Source of the DNA: Eledone cirrhosa
Taxonomy: Eukaryota
DNA length: 64,000 bases
Direction: 5' to 3'
Assembly: GCA_964016885.1 (NCBI GenBank)
Contig: OZ024742.1
Location: forward strand, 113,708,001 to 113,772,000
Below, in pieces: positions 1 through 13,950 of the stretch. Positions within the stretch are counted from its first letter, which is position 1. Every line of letters begins with the position of its first letter. Below the pieces are notes generated by a model. It worked only from the letters and a program-made list of their open reading frames with translations. It was not told the DNA's origin and made no database searches. The position numbers and the translations under genes are program-made.

Positions 1-689
1 GGAAAATGTTACGTATTTATTTGTTTCCATCTAAAGTGACCCGTTCATTTATATCAGTATTCATTATTTTGCTAGCATCAGAGATGAATCATACAAACGG
101 ATACGTTTACAACCACTTGCTTAACTGACTTTGGATGTACAATATCGTGTTAATGCATGAAATTGCGTGAGACAAATTCGGTTGACGAGGTAAAAAATGC
201 AACTCTGATCGGAGTATGTAATTTTATATATTGACTGGTGCTAATAGAGAAACCCACACTTATATATACACACACATCTATATGTGCGAGAGCGCGCCCG
301 TGTATGTGTGGATGTGTTTGTTGCGTTAGGTGTGATTTGTGTGGGTATATGTGCATAGTATCAGCAGTAAATTCGCACAATTACATAAAACGATCAGGAA
401 GTTGCATTATTATCATGTAAGCCGAAATGCTCTTCTGTAATTCCACGCATTAACAGATTATTGTTCGTGCAAAGCCAGCTTACGGAACATATATAACCTG
501 TCTGCATATATATATATATATGGGGGGGTATGTGTATGTGTGTGTATGTGTGCGCGCGCGCGTGCGCGTGTGTGTGTGTATGTGTGTGTGTGTGTGTGCG
601 TGCGTGTGTGTTTACGTGTGCTTAGGAAAACAGGATAAATAAACATATAAAACTACAAAACCATCCACATGGACTGGATATACGACTAC

Positions 690-1020
690 CTCACTCTGGC
701 CTCTTACTGCAAGGATGCCTATCTAAAACGAGATCCTTTTGACAAGATAAACCAATGTCACTGAATAACTGCCCTGACTGCGCACACATGTATGTGCCAG
801 CGGATTGAATCTAACATAAGAAGTATAGCCTGACCACTCCTCGCCCGCATTAAAGGACAATTCAGAACACATGCAACCACATTAATAACAAGTCACATTG
901 ACACATTCAGAAACACCAATTAAAACATGATAACCAATATGGAAGCCAAAGAGAGAAATATGGTCAATTTAAGGCTAAAAGAAACAACAAATTGATATTC
1001 AGCACACAATACCTAACATA
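690..1020 (+). mobile_element. Highly degenerate PLE GIY-YIG remnant
   Basis: Broken translations such as CPDCAHMYV, LLARIKG and LRLKET resemble the PLE endonuclease pattern C..C...YVG...L..R..EH...L.E; many stops. Confidence 0.3.
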
Positions 1021-1954
1021 AAAGCATAGAATAACACGCAACACAAACACAAATATTTACATAATAAATTTGATTCAATGGAATAATAGATATATATATA
1101 TTGACGTCATATTCCTTCTCCTCGTAGAAAATACAGGAATCGTCAAAGTCAACGTTTGAAGGTGGTTTCTAAATATTAAATTAAAATTTATTTCACAATG
1201 AATTGACCAGAACACTTTGCTCTCGATATCTATACGAGCCGTATATATACATATTTAAAAGATATATGTAGACAAAGGAATCATTGAGAGATACAAAGTA
1301 GTTTGTACATGTTTATAAAGAACAAATTCCTTTCAGAAAAATATACAGAATTTACGACGGTAAAGATGTCATTTTTCCCTTACAGTATTGTTTCACAAAG
1401 CAAAAGAACGGAGAAAAAACATTGATCTAACTAATCAATTATCGTTTACAAACTATCGATTTGGTTAAACAATCGAAAGAAAATGCCTATTCATCTGAAG
1501 AATTGTCTTAACATTTGTCCCCAAAAAGTATTTAGATCTGTCGAGAGCAGAGAGTCTGTTTTAAATCTCTACTCCACTTGCTCTCAAAAATCTTTAACGG
1601 TCAGGAGGGATTTAAACAGGACTGGTCGTTGTAGGAGCTAGAATGAACACCCACTCATAATAGTTGAAACACACCAAAAATAATTCTTAAATTTTGAGTA
1701 CTGATAATGTATCGATATATATATGTATCAATACATATTTAATATGAATGATTATCATGTTTTACAATAAATAATCTCAATGGACCTCAGTTCAGAGCTT
1801 CAATTATTCAAACGTAAAATCTATATGAAGAGTGAGAGAATCAGATCTTTTGAGAAACACATGGTCATGTATATATATATATATGTATATATATACAGTG
1901 CAAGTAATATTTTAAGATGGAAAAATGGTGCAAGACTATGTTAAAATATTGGGT

Positions 1955-2210
1955 TCGATACTGCAGAAACAATACGGCTCTTGTTTCGGCAATCCTTATA
2001 TGGCTGATCAGGGTTCTATCAGTGATCTTAATCCTCAACACACTCTATCTTAACATTTTGCACCGCTGATGTCGTAAAGGCAATGAATGGAATTAAACTC
2101 AACTCAGTTGTAGGCCCAGAGAGGTTTCCTGCTAGTCTCCTTAAGGTGACTCAACACCAACTTGCAACTTCTCTAGGTAATCTGTGGAAGAATTCACTAG
2201 ATGCCGGCTA
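1955..2210 (+). mobile_element. Diverged CR1-clade LINE ORF2 fragment, same family as 4456-9100
   Basis: Translates in pieces to LQKQYGS.FGNP.MAD...DVVKAMNGIKLNSVVGPERFPA...QHQLATSLGNLWKNSLDAGY, matching ORF2 at ~5975-6230 (minus). Confidence 0.75.
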
Positions 2211-2259
2211 TAAATCTGATAACATATCTAAGTTATGAAAACATTGGTTATATATATAT

Positions 2260-4260
2260 ATATGTATATAAAACACATAAAAAGCTTCATAAGGGACGAC
2301 CTTGACATGCTCAACCACCTCCCAACAACACTCAACAATGAACATACCCTACAAGTAACCTTTGATGTCATCAATTTATATTCCAATATCCCACACAGCC
2401 TAGGTATAGAGGCAATACAATTCTAAAGAATTTGTGTTGGAGGGACTCAAATTCATCTTTAAAAACAATTCGAATTCAATGCCAAATACTACAGACAGAA
2501 ATCTGGGACTGCCATGGGCACGAAAGTGTGGCCCCCTCATACGCCAACCTTGTCATGGGATATTGGGAAACCACTCTCTACCGCAACGTTCTAGACAAAT
2601 ACGGCAAGCACTTCTACCAACACAGAAAAAGAACTGGAAGAGATATCTGGACGACTGCTTCATCCTCTGGCATGAAAGTATAGATAGACGGTTTGAGTTT
2701 ATAACCCTACTGAATGGACTCAACACAAACTTACAATTCACAATGGGTTACAGCCATTAACAACTCCCTTTCCTCGACATCCTCATCAAGAAAACAAGCA
2801 ACAAAATAGAAACAGACATATACTACAAACCCACAGACTCCAAACAATTTCTTCCATTCAACTCGTGCCACCCTAGACACACCAACATGGCAATTCCTTA
2901 TAACCTAGCCAGAAGGATCTGCGCAATAGTTTCAGATAAATACACAAGCTACACACGACTAGAAGAATTAAAAAACACACTTATCAGCAGAAACTACCCA
3001 CCATCCCTAATCACCAATGGATTCCAATGTGCCCTAAAACTAGACATCCAGGAACTCAGACACCCCAAACACAGGAATGAACCGCAACAAAAAACTCTAC
3101 CATACATCTCCACACACAACCCCCTCAACAATGAGGCATTCGACACCATCCTCCAGTACATTCCTTTTAAGTGACCCAAGAATGAACCAAATCCTCCAGA
3201 AACACAACATCATAAAGAGTAAAAGACAACCTAAATCCATAAAAAAACATCCTCACACAAGCCAAAATCCAACAAACCCTCACAATCAACCCTAGAGTAA
3301 CAACATGCTGAAGGCGCAACTGTGGCATATGCAAAAATCTAATAGAAGGTCCAACATTCCATTTTAAACAAGGAAAGCGTTTCACAGTTAAACACAACTT
3401 TACATGTGCATCTGAAAACCTAATCTATGTTTTGACCTGTTCAGGTTGTGAAGAGCACTAAAAAGGACAGACAAAAAAACAGCCTCCGTCAACGTATGAC
3501 CGTCCATGAATCACAAATTAAAATACAGGAATACAGAAATATTGCATTTAGTGAACATATCGCCAATTGTGCTCACAACCAACATCCAAACTTGAAAATG
3601 GTCCCCATTTACAAATTCATAGAAGACGCTACTTTCATCCAACGTACCAATAAGGAAACATTTTTCATTAACACATTCCAACCTATACTTAATGCTCTAA
3701 ACATCGGACCAATCTAAAACTGCAACAAACAATCAAACATTTACAAGAGTTACCACCCTCACACCCTACCTAATCATTTTTCTTAAATAAATTAAATATC
3801 ATCCAGCAAGAATTGCTTCCCCCTGCATATTAACTCTCTAAAAAGGGAAATCATATCAAACCTCAGTCCACCATTTGTCTCCATCATGGAATCATGGATC
3901 AACTAAGCACTATTGCTATATTAACATATTTTGATCTGCTTAACTTCAATAACTATGCCTGTAAATAACATTATTTTTTCTTCCACATTGACTTTTTATG
4001 CACGTTTATTTTTCCTTTTTTTTTCTTTTCACTTCATTAATCTTGTTTGTAAATAACATTATTCCTTCTGCATCTTCTGTTTAACATGTGCGACACCACA
4101 CTAATACATTTCACTATCAGTTGATGATGCATAAAAAAAGCTGAAACCGGTAATAGACAATTATTAAATATATAAGCAGATAAATAAATGCCATTGTTAA
4201 ATAATACATAAATGAACTAATACCTTAACACTTCACAAAAAGTAAAATATTTCGTTTAGA
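2260..4260 (+). mobile_element. 5'-truncated Penelope-like element (RT + C-terminal GIY-YIG, Neptune-like Cys motif) with 3' pLTR; frameshifted
   Basis: VTFDVINLYSNIPH, GTAMG, APSYANLVMG, WKRYLDDCF, LPFLDI, YYKPTD, IPYNLARRIC, C*RRNCGIC, FTCASENLIYVLTCSGC, LRQRMTVH, FSEHIANC across ORFs 2235-3717. Confidence 0.92.
4114..4156 (+). ncRNA. Minimal type I hammerhead-like motif in the PLE pLTR (variant core)
   Basis: ctat..TTGATGA-tgc ataaaaaaa gct-GAAA-ccgg-TA-atag; palindromic stem III ACCGGT; C3 is T. Confidence 0.55.
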
Positions 4261-4320
4261 TCATTTCCTAACCCAGAAAAAAGAGACAGAGAAACAAAAA
4301 AGGAAAAACATATTTTATTC

Positions 4321-4351
<31 letters not shown>

Positions 4352-4356
4352 TATAC

Positions 4357-4458
<102 letters not shown>

Positions 4459-4539
4459 CTTTGAATAACTTTGAAATGTTTTGGCCAGTATTGGCCCAGG
4501 CCATGTCTAACTTAATAGCACCACCTGGCGAAGTCTTTC

Positions 4540-7500
4540 AATTCAGGATTTGGGCACCATGGCCCATTCGAGAAGAGAATTACTGTTTGCGGAGACATAT
4601 CCGGGTGTGGGTGGTTTGTCCGGGATTACTTGGAGGAATTTGTCCAAAGACTTCTTGAATTTTGTGTAGTCAGTTTCTGTTTTGACGTGTCATGGTGTGA
4701 TGTTGAAGAGAGCAGGGCCGATTGAGGTGAAATAATTGTGCCGTATTGTTGTTATGAGTTGCGATTTAGATTTTTGAATGGGACGGATAGCACGGGGCCC
4801 AAGCCTTGGGTGTATCTTGAAGGCGATGCCAACATCATTTGGGCAGTGATGATGGAACATTTCCCACATCATGCAGATAATATAACGCTCACGGCGACGT
4901 TGGAGTGAGTAAAGTTTCAGGTTTTCTAATCGACCCCAGTAGTCAAGGTCTGACATGCCATCTATCTTTTTCGTGATTGCCCTTTGAGGAGCTTCAAGTT
5001 TCATGATACTTTGTTTCGTGTGGGGAGACCACAGTGGACAACAGTATTCAAGGTGTGGTCGGGCAAAAGTAGAGAAGAGAAGGATAATGGTGCGGGAATC
5101 TCTCGACTGGAATGTTCTGAGGATCCATGAACACATTCTGCGGGCCATGTCAACTTTGCTGCTTATATGCGTGGTCCAGCTTATGTTGCTGTCCACGGTT
5201 ACTCCCAAGTCTCTGATGTTGTTAGATGCCACGAGAGTTTCCCCGGAGGGAAGGGATTACGGGAGTTTCAGAGCATCCTCTTTTCCAAAGTGGATCAGTT
5301 CGAATTTGTTTTCGTTCAGTAACATGTTGTTCTTTTCTGCCCATTGGGTAACAGCCAGTAGGTCTGACTGAAGGCTTATCCGGTCATCCACGCCATTGAT
5401 GACCTTTTGGAGCTTGGAATCATCAGCGAAAATTTTAATGTTGCCGTGTTTGATGATGTCAGTGATGTCATTAATATAGATGATGAAGAGAAGTGGGCCC
5501 AACACAGTGCCTTGTGGGACCCCACTACTGACTTTGGCTGGGCTTGATTTGACTCCCTCAACTACAACATGTTGGGTTCTGTTTGACAGGAAGCTCTTGA
5601 TCCACTGCAGCAGCTTTCCAGTGACACCAATATTGGACAGCTTTCTCAGTAGAATGTTATGATCAACCCTGTCAAAGGCCTTGCTGAAATCAAGGTAGAT
5701 AACATCAGTGTTGGAACCCTCTCCCAAGGCTCTCAAAATGTCATCAAAGTAATGCAGTAGCTGCGTCAGGCAATCCCTTCCATTACGGAATCCATGCTGG
5801 TTGGAGTTCAGCATATTGTTACTCTCAAGGAAGTGGGTCATTCGCGATCTCACCACTCTCTCAAATACCTTAATGATATGAGAGGTGAGTGAGATTGGAC
5901 GGTAATTCACGGCAAGGGATTTGTTTCCCTTTTAGAAAACTGGACAACAGACTGGGGTAGAAGGTTTTCTGCACATATCCAGCATCCAGTGAGTTCCGCC
6001 ACAGATTGGCAAGAGGAGATGCAAGTTGGTGTTGACACGCCTTGAAGACACAAGCAGGGAACCTATCGGGACCTACTGCTGAATTATGCTTGATTTCCTT
6101 TATTGCCGCCAAGACATCAGGGGCACCAAACGTTATGTCCGATAAGGTGTAATGGGGTGTAACATCGCCGATACAGCCCAGATCGGCCATATCAGGATTG
6201 CTGAAAACAGAGCAGTATTGTTTCTGCAGTATCTCACCCATGGTTTTAGCATTGTCTTGAAGAGTGCCATTTTCATCAATTAGAGGGCCAACAGTAGAGC
6301 CAGTGATTTTGTGTTTTTTTGCAAATGAAAAGAACACTTTGGGATTGAGTTTGATCTTCTCAATGGCCCAGGCCTCTTCAGCTCTTCTCTGATTGTTGAT
6401 GAGGGACATTATGTTGTTTTGGAGGTTATGTTTTTTAATCTCTAGTGATGAAATGGCAGTCAAGTTGATGTGTTGCTGCTGACAGTTTTTCAGCTCGTTG
6501 ATTTTTTGGTTCGTTCTCTTAATTTTTCTGATGAGCGTTTTTCTATTTCTAGGGATTCTGCTCTTAGATTTGTTTATAGTTCTTAATGGGGTGTGTTTAG
6601 CACATATGTTTGTAACAGTGTCCACAAATGTCTGCCAGGACTTTTTGATGTTAGTGGGTGTATGAGTGTGCGTGAAGGACCAGTCGACATGTGCAAGATC
6701 ATGACTGATCGCTTCCCAGTTTGCATTGTGGAAATCCATAGCGTCAAACGGATGGACAGGAGAGATGACATTGGGTTTGTATATTGGACGGTGGAATCTC
6801 AGATCACAGAGAACCATGTCATGATCAGAGAGTAGAGTTTTCTCCACTGCAATATTGTGGATATTGTCAGTGTGATTGCTGAAAGTTAAGTCTAGGACGT
6901 TTTTGTGGCACCTCGTTGGTTCGAGCACCAGTTGGGATAGGAAGAAATCATCCATGAAGTCAAGAAGCGATTCCACAGCTTCCCTTTCAGAGGTTGAGGC
7001 AGAAGAACCTGGTGGTAGGCTGTTTGTGGACCAGTCAACTCCGGGGAGGCTGAAGTCCCCCATCATTAAGATGTTGTCAGGGTGACACTCTTGGATGAAA
7101 CACTTTATGCTGTTGAGGCATTCCTTGAAGCATGGTACAGGCGTTTGGGGTGGCCTATAGAGCCCAACTACTAATAGGTTGTTGGTTTGACTGAATACAG
7201 TGACTGCTTCACAGTATCCATTAGTGAATATGTTCATAGCCTCTGTTGAGAAAGAATTATGGACATAAATGGCAATTCCGCCTTTTCTTCTGCCAGCGCG
7301 ATCTGCACGGATGGCTTTGAAATGTTTCACTTTCACCTCGGCTTCCAAGTGGAGGTTACTGAGATGGGTTTCAGTGAGGACGAAGAAAGGGATGTGGTTT
7401 GGATGGACATCAATCCAGTCCTCCAGGAATTTGATGTTCCATTTTTGAGTATTGGTGGAAGGGCTGATGCCTTGGGCGTTAAGCAAAAATGTAGAGGCGA

Positions 7501-7561
7501 GAGTGGATGGTTTTAATTGTTTTGGTGTGTTGTTAATTTGTTTGTTTGTTAATGGCAGCAA
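4540..7561 (-). pseudogene. LINE ORF2 (APE endonuclease + reverse transcriptase), frameshifted near ~5910-5950 and ~5240
   Basis: APE: LLNAQGI, LTETHL, GLYRPP, MGDFSLP, LSDH. RT: NYRPISLTS, QHGFR, YLDFSKAFD, GVPQGTVLGP, FADD. CR1-type C-terminus: RDLGV, LEYCCPLWSP, LYSLQRRRER. Confidence 0.92.
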
Positions 7562-8694
7562 TGGGAGTTTGTGCAGTGGGGTGATAGTGGAGGGTGGTGC
7601 TGGGTGATAGCTCGAATGTTTTTTTCCAGTTCTTTTGCCAGATTCATTATGGCTAAAAAAGAGGAAGAAGTTTCCTGTTTAGAAGACTGTTGGTGACTGT
7701 GGTAGTGGTTATTTTTATGTAGGTTATGGTTTTTGTTTTTGCTTTTATTTTTAATTTTATTTTCATTTGTCCGACGGGTCCCCGGGAGATGGGTAAAGGG
7801 ACAATCCCGGTCTAAACACAATCTGTCTCGCAGGGAAAAGCGGCAGATTTGTGGATTCCTTGTTTGAGTTATTGGTGGTTGTGTTGGTGTTAAATTAGAG
7901 TATGTATTATGGTGGTGGCTGTTTGTGGGGATAGATCGTTTTGTCCTAGGTAAATGGGTGAATTTGCAGCCACTATCCGTACATATTCTATAGCGTAGAG
8001 AGTAGCGGCAAATGATGGGGTTTCGAGTGGGTGGGTATGTGGGTGTGTGTGTTGTGAGAGGTGTAGATGATGGTTTGGGTAGGATTTGACGACCTTTGTG
8101 GACTGTGGGAGGGAGAGTTCTTGTTCTGGTATTAGAAGGTAAATTCCTTGACATAGCAGTAGACAGAAATGTTGTAGTAGTAGTAGTAGTAGTAGGCAGA
8201 GATGTTGGCAGTGGTGATGATTGGACAGCTGGGCCAGAGAAAGGATGTGGCGTTTCATGCTGTGAGACAGAGGCTACTGGGGGGTCAATAGTTTCATTTA
8301 GTAGATCTGCCATTGTTGATGAATCAAGGAGTGGTTCACACTGTTGTTGTCGTTGTTGTTGTTGTTGCTGTTGTTGATGTTGTTGTAACTGTTGTTGTTG
8401 TTGCCGTTGTAGCTGCTGTTGTTGTTGTTGCTGCTGCTGGACAGCATTCGAAGAAAAAACACACCGTAGTTTATCCAAATGTTTATTGATTAATTTAAAA
8501 GCAATTTCGATTTGCTTTAATTTATTTTGAATCTGTTCAGATCGAGTTTTCAAAAATTGAACTGTACGTTTAGCAATGTCGTTCAGAGATGAAGCATCTA
8601 TGTCTTCTGTTTGGGTAAGGCAATGCCATGTGTTTATTAGAATGTCGATTTCATTATCAGACCAGTTCTGTTTGGATTTTTGCTGGTTAGCCAT
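7549..8694 (-). CDS. LINE ORF1, 381 aa, open; polyQ, polyT and two CCCH zinc fingers
   Basis: Directly upstream of ORF2; CRYSLRYRICTDSGCKFTH and CRFSLRDRLCLDRDCPFTH (C-x8-C-x4-C-x3-H). Confidence 0.85.
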   Translation of the reverse strand: MANQQKSKQNWSDNEIDILINTWHCLTQTEDIDASSLNDIAKRTVQFLKTRSEQIQNKLKQIEIAFKLINKHLDKLRCVFSSNAVQQQQQQQQQLQRQQQQQLQQHQQQQQQQQRQQQCEPLLDSSTMADLLNETIDPPVASVSQHETPHPFSGPAVQSSPLPTSLPTTTTTTTTFLSTAMSRNLPSNTRTRTLPPTVHKGRQILPKPSSTPLTTHTPTYPPTRNPIICRYSLRYRICTDSGCKFTHLPRTKRSIPTNSHHHNTYSNLTPTQPPITQTRNPQICRFSLRDRLCLDRDCPFTHLPGTRRTNENKIKNKSKNKNHNLHKNNHYHSHQQSSKQETSSSFLAIMNLAKELEKNIRAITQHHPPLSPHCTNSHCCH

Positions 8695-9104
8695 TCTAGT
8701 TTTGAGTGTGTGTGTGTTTTAGTTAAGTATTTCAATATATATATATATTTTTTTAATTTATTTTTGATTTATTTTTGTTTTTTGTTTTTCTTGTGTGTGA
8801 GTGAGAAGAGTATATATATAAATATGAGTATATATATATATATATATGTATATTCTGGTTATTTGAAATTAATTAAGTTAATGAAAAGACGAAAGTATAT
8901 AATAATAATTTGTAGTTAAAGGAAAATGTACTCACAAGTTCGAAAACACGTGGTTTCAAATATATAATAATATAGATGTATGTATATGTATTAACCGGTC
9001 AATTTTTGTTTGTTTGGTTTTGTTTTGTGGTTTTGTTTTGTGGCTGCTTACTCGGGGAGAGAAGTAAAAACACGTCCTTATACTTCAACTGCTCAACTGC
9101 TATA

Positions 9105-9162
<58 letters not shown>

Positions 9163-10979
9163 GCTTTTGTGCGTGTGTACTAACTTTTACTTCTGATTAT
9201 CTGCCATTTATATCGTTAAACGAAATCAATTTAACTTATTGACTTTATCATTGGGTATAATCTGTTCCACTTACAAAATCATGGAATTGCATTTCATATA
9301 CTTTCGTTCTTTAATAAACTCAGTAATCAATTTTTTACAATGTATGATATGGATTCCAGGCAATTTGGCAAATAATAAAATTATTCGAAATAAGTATTTA
9401 GTAACATATTTTTCGTAACTTGTTGATTACATCTGAACTTGAAATTTAACATAACGCAATATCTGATCATAAAGTTGTATATTATAATCATGTTTTTCTT
9501 CATTGTTTATTATTTAAAAACTTTATTATACACATCTAAAAAGTGAGAATGTCTAAGGTAAATCGTTATCAAAAAGGTTAATTGCATCTAATGGTTAATC
9601 TGTTCGTTTCACATCGGAAGATTGAAAAAATATTGAAACGATGTAACTTAATGATGTAGCCGTCGGGGAAAATCGTTCATATACTGTTTCACTTAAAGTC
9701 ATATAGCAGCATATTGAAAATCCGAAACAGAAACATATAGCTGTTATCAACAGCAGGTGAGAGTTTTAAATACGCAGTTGTTTGTGCATCAATATAACTC
9801 TGTGTCAGCTACAGCCAGAATAATTATAATGAATGAAATACGAAACCTAACCAGCGGTAGTAACATCAACCACAAAATGAAATTTTAAACTAGTAATCTC
9901 AATAACGAGACTGGCAATATGTAATATTAAACTTTCAACCTGACCAATTAAAAACAATTACAGCGAAGATAATATGAAATAATTTAAAAAAAGTTTGAAG
10001 ATATTTTATTCTCAGGCAACTGCAACATTTACCAATGCCTGGAACCATTTCTTGTAGTTCTGGAATTTCGATTTCGGAACCATAGTAGAAAATAAATTAA
10101 AAGCCTATGAATATTTGCTTCAAGCTAATCAATTAATTTGATAATTTTATATATTGATTTATTCCTTTATTCATTTATTTTTGAAATATTTTGTTACCCG
10201 ATATTAAGAGTGTAATGGAGCCAATAAAAAGTAATATTTTACTTGATTTGCCGAGAGACAACTTGATATAGGTCTATTAGAAACAGTATCGGTTTGAGAG
10301 AGAAACAACCTCAAATATCAATTTGACTTTATTTATTTTATAGAGTTTCATAGGATCAGGTGGAATAATTGATAGATTGAACTGTCTTAATGCATTATTT
10401 ATTACGTATTGCTTGGTGAATCGATACGATGCGTGTTGCCAGTCAAGAAGTGAAAGGAAAAAAATGTACTGCATTTAATTGAAAATAAACAGATTAGGTC
10501 TGACACATTAACCACTTCACGTCTATAACAGAATGTTATGCAAACAATTTAACACTTTTTGATATCGGCTTAAAGATGTTGTCTACCTCATGACACATTA
10601 TAGGGAATACTATTATTGGCTGTTCTGACCTTGAAATATATTTTCTTTAAAATGTTTGTGTTAGCGTGTGTCAGTGTGTGTGCGTGTGTGTGTGAGAGCG
10701 TGCGTGTGTTTGTGTGTGTATGTGTGTGTGTGTGTGAATACAGAAATCTCCACACATACAAATAAAAAAGGAGATAATAATTACTCAACTCTAAATAGTA
10801 AAGGACAGTGAAATACACTAGAAAGATGCTGATGAATACAAAGCTCAAAATTGTAATATGGAAACTTGAAATAGAAATATGGAATCCCCCTAACTGATAG
10901 ATATGCAGCTAAATGTTAGAAAGCGAAGAATTCCACTTAAAAAAACGACTTATTTTCAATATTAAAAATTACTTATTGC

Positions 10980-11170
10980 GCAATTTAATGTATATTATAA
11001 ACTTTCAAAGTTGTCTTCAACACTACTTTGGTCGGCCAGATCTAACACTCCAAGAACAAATAGAAGTTCACTTTCAATGATTTGGGTGTCCTAGGGCTTA
11101 GCGAACATATTCAGCATTGCAGTGGTGAAGGTTTACCGGATTAAAAAAATTCCATTCTAGTAATGCAGTT
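10980..11170 (+). mobile_element. Degenerate PLE GIY-YIG remnant
   Basis: CLQHYFG and LGLSEHIQHCSG resemble AFSEHIANCAH of the PLE at 3448-3717. Confidence 0.35.
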
Positions 11171-12849
11171 ATTGAGTAAGTACGTGTCAGCAGGGTTAGA
11201 CTTTCCATAAGTCTCATCCGAAATTAATTTCATTACACACATTATCATTAGTATTTAGTTAAATCACTGTTACTTCCCATATCTTGTGATGTATTTTAAA
11301 TACATGAGTGATAAAGTTACAATATATACATAAAAAGGAATAACAAGGCAAACCCAGAGATGCAAAAGCGCAAAGTCTTATTAATACTAATCTGAGGAAG
11401 AAGTAGCAAAGTGTTTGAAATTTAAGGCATTATTCTTCGGGAAATGGAGACTTTATGGGACAGAAAAGGCTGAAACATCGGAGTTTTGAAATAAATGGAA
11501 AGTTTTAAGAAAGGTAGTATGTGAGTAGTGGGGGATTCGAGAATTGGGTCTGACGTGGAGAAACCATGTTTGTAATGTATGTTGTTATGTGCGTCGGATG
11601 GAATGAATTTCATTGGTGTCCATTATTGATTCTCCGTGAGTGTGTTAATCTGTGTGTGTTAGTGTGCGTGTTTTGTGTGTTTTGTGTGTTAGTGTGTGTG
11701 TGCTTTGTGCGTTGGTGATGGAAGTGGAATGTTTATGTAGATATTTTCGCGGGCATGTTCGTTTCTGAGTCTTTATGAGTCTGTGAGTCTATGTTTATAT
11801 ATATGTGTGTGTGTATGTATACATGTGCTTTTATGTACATTTGTGTATTGTTTGTGTGAGGAGGCTTAGGCGCACATATATACAAGTATGTGTCTGTGAA
11901 TCCTTCTGTGCTTTTTACGAGTGTATATGTGCACGTACATGTGTGTGTATGTTTATGTGTGGTATTTTATGTAGTTTATTTATGTGTATGATTTCCTATG
12001 AGACTGTGTATATAAGTTTATGTATGAGTGAGTATATATGTATATGCACGTGTGTACCAGTGGTGTATTAGTATGAGTGTGCACGTTTCTGTGTTTGTAT
12101 TTGTTTGTATGATACCCCTATATAAGCGTGTGTATATGTCTGCCAATATACAAGTCTGACTGAACTTTGTGTTTTTCTGCGTATACACCTAGTATTCTGT
12201 GAATTCGACAGACATACCTATATATATAGTAGTATGCACACACATACACACTGCTGACACCCACATTTATTTATGTATATATATACACCTGAGACTATGT
12301 GTGCACGTTTGTAGCGTTAAGAGAACACGTGTGAATGTGTGTCTTTTTATGTGATTGGTGTTTCGTAAATGTCCTGATAAGCTGTGCGTGCGTGGTCAGC
12401 TCTCGGCTGTTTCAGGAAGTGACAAAATGAATCGAGCAGAAGTGAGATAGACAGGGTGTAGAGCATAAAGTACGGAGATTGTATGCGATGAGAATTGTGA
12501 TGAGAATATGTATGTCAGTGTGTGTTAGTTGGTGGTACGGGAGCGCAGCTTGATGAGATTTATGGGCACCTGTACACAGTTGTGCCTATGAATGCTTCTG
12601 TGCGTATCTGAAATATATATATATATATTTTCTGTGAGGTGAAGTAGTTAATTGGCAGTATGCTTAGTTAGTTAATTAAATGTATGTACTTGTCCATGAT
12701 CATATAAGTATGTTCGAGCAGTGCGTTCGTGTAGGTGTGAGAATTGTCCGTTAGTATAATTTTTTAGTTAATTCATACCATAAATATAATTAAATGTATA
12801 TCATTGTCGTATTAGTGTAAAGAATAAATATGATATGTTCGTGTGTGTG

Positions 12850-13950
12850 GGTGTCTCGTTGAAATAATATGTGTGTATGTTAGTATGGGAGCGGCTGAAG
12901 GGTGAGTGATGGGAAAGTCTAAAGGAAAGGGGTCGTGAGTTAAAGGCGTTCACGCTCCAGTTGCGGAGGTTAAAATCGGCTACAGAGTGTCTGAGGCTTT
13001 GAAGCAACCAACGAATTCGAGAATAGTGAGGTGGTGAGTAGAGTGTCCGGCATAGCGGAAATACCCGGTGGCCGAAGATTTGTTTCTGTGACGGATGTTC
13101 CGGAAACTATCCGCTAGTCAACGTGATCTGTCCAATGTAAACGGCCTCGGATTGCATGCAGCTGAACCCGTAGACAAGAGTGAAAACATTGCAGTGGAAG
13201 GAGTGCCTGAATTTGAAGGATTTAATGGTGCGCCCACCGACGGTGATGGTAATGTTGATCAGGTTGCCTGTATAGCTGGGCGCTAGAGTGGGATAGAGGA
13301 CGAAATTGCGGGAGGATCGGAGCTTCAGACGAGGTGAATTCGAAGACCGCATACGTGAAATATGATGGAAGTGTAAGGTTTCCATATGATGCGGTGGAAG
13401 AGCCGAAGTACAACACTCTGGTGAGGCACAAATGGTAGTAGGGAAAGGAACATTAGAGAGTTTATTTATATTTATAAAAAAATGCAATAGGCAAGTCAGG
13501 CAATTTTGGTCAGCATCCTTATTTATAGTATTTTTGAATAGTTGATATTAAGGTTGATTAACAGTGAAATCGGAAGATAGTGAGGAACTGATTAATAGGG
13601 AGGAGGGTATGATTTAAAAGGCGATGTATTTAAGGTGAAGAAGAAGAAGAAGAAGAAGAAGAAGAAGAAGAAGAAGAAGAAGAAGAAGAAGAAGAAGAAG
13701 AAGAAGAAGAAGAATGTGGAGGCGAAATGGATGATGTAAGCAGTGATCCATAGCGGTGAAAGGAATAGGGAGGGTGTGGTAGAAGGGAGTAAAAGGTGGA
13801 TCCAAGAAAACTGTTCATTTTGTAGCCTACTCACAGACATTTGGGAGTTTAGTAAAGCATGAATAGATTTTATTCTAAAGTAATTTCCGGAAAAGGAATA
13901 TTGGACGGTGTATGCTTCCCTCTCCAACCCGAGATATCAAAGTGATGTTT
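12850..13950 (-). mobile_element. Degenerate Penelope-like element (RT remnants + GIY-YIG), interrupted by (GAA)n
   Basis: FKFRHSFHCNVFTLVYGFSCMQSEAVYIGQ (GIY-YIG); upstream YSFSGNYF and SQMSVS resemble PLE RT. Confidence 0.65.
13637..13713. repeat. (GAA)n microsatellite
   Basis: Direct reading. Confidence 0.95.

Noticed and set aside
3298-3335. In-frame TGA in the PLE Cys motif (C*RRNCGIC) as selenocysteine, as in Naiad PLEs
   Set aside because: The position is next to, not at, a conserved Cys, and the copy has many other disabling mutations
5003-8377. Plus-strand ORFs over the CR1 element, and similar antisense ORFs over Tx1 and RTE
   Set aside because: Shadow frames of the retroelement ORFs with no motifs of their own
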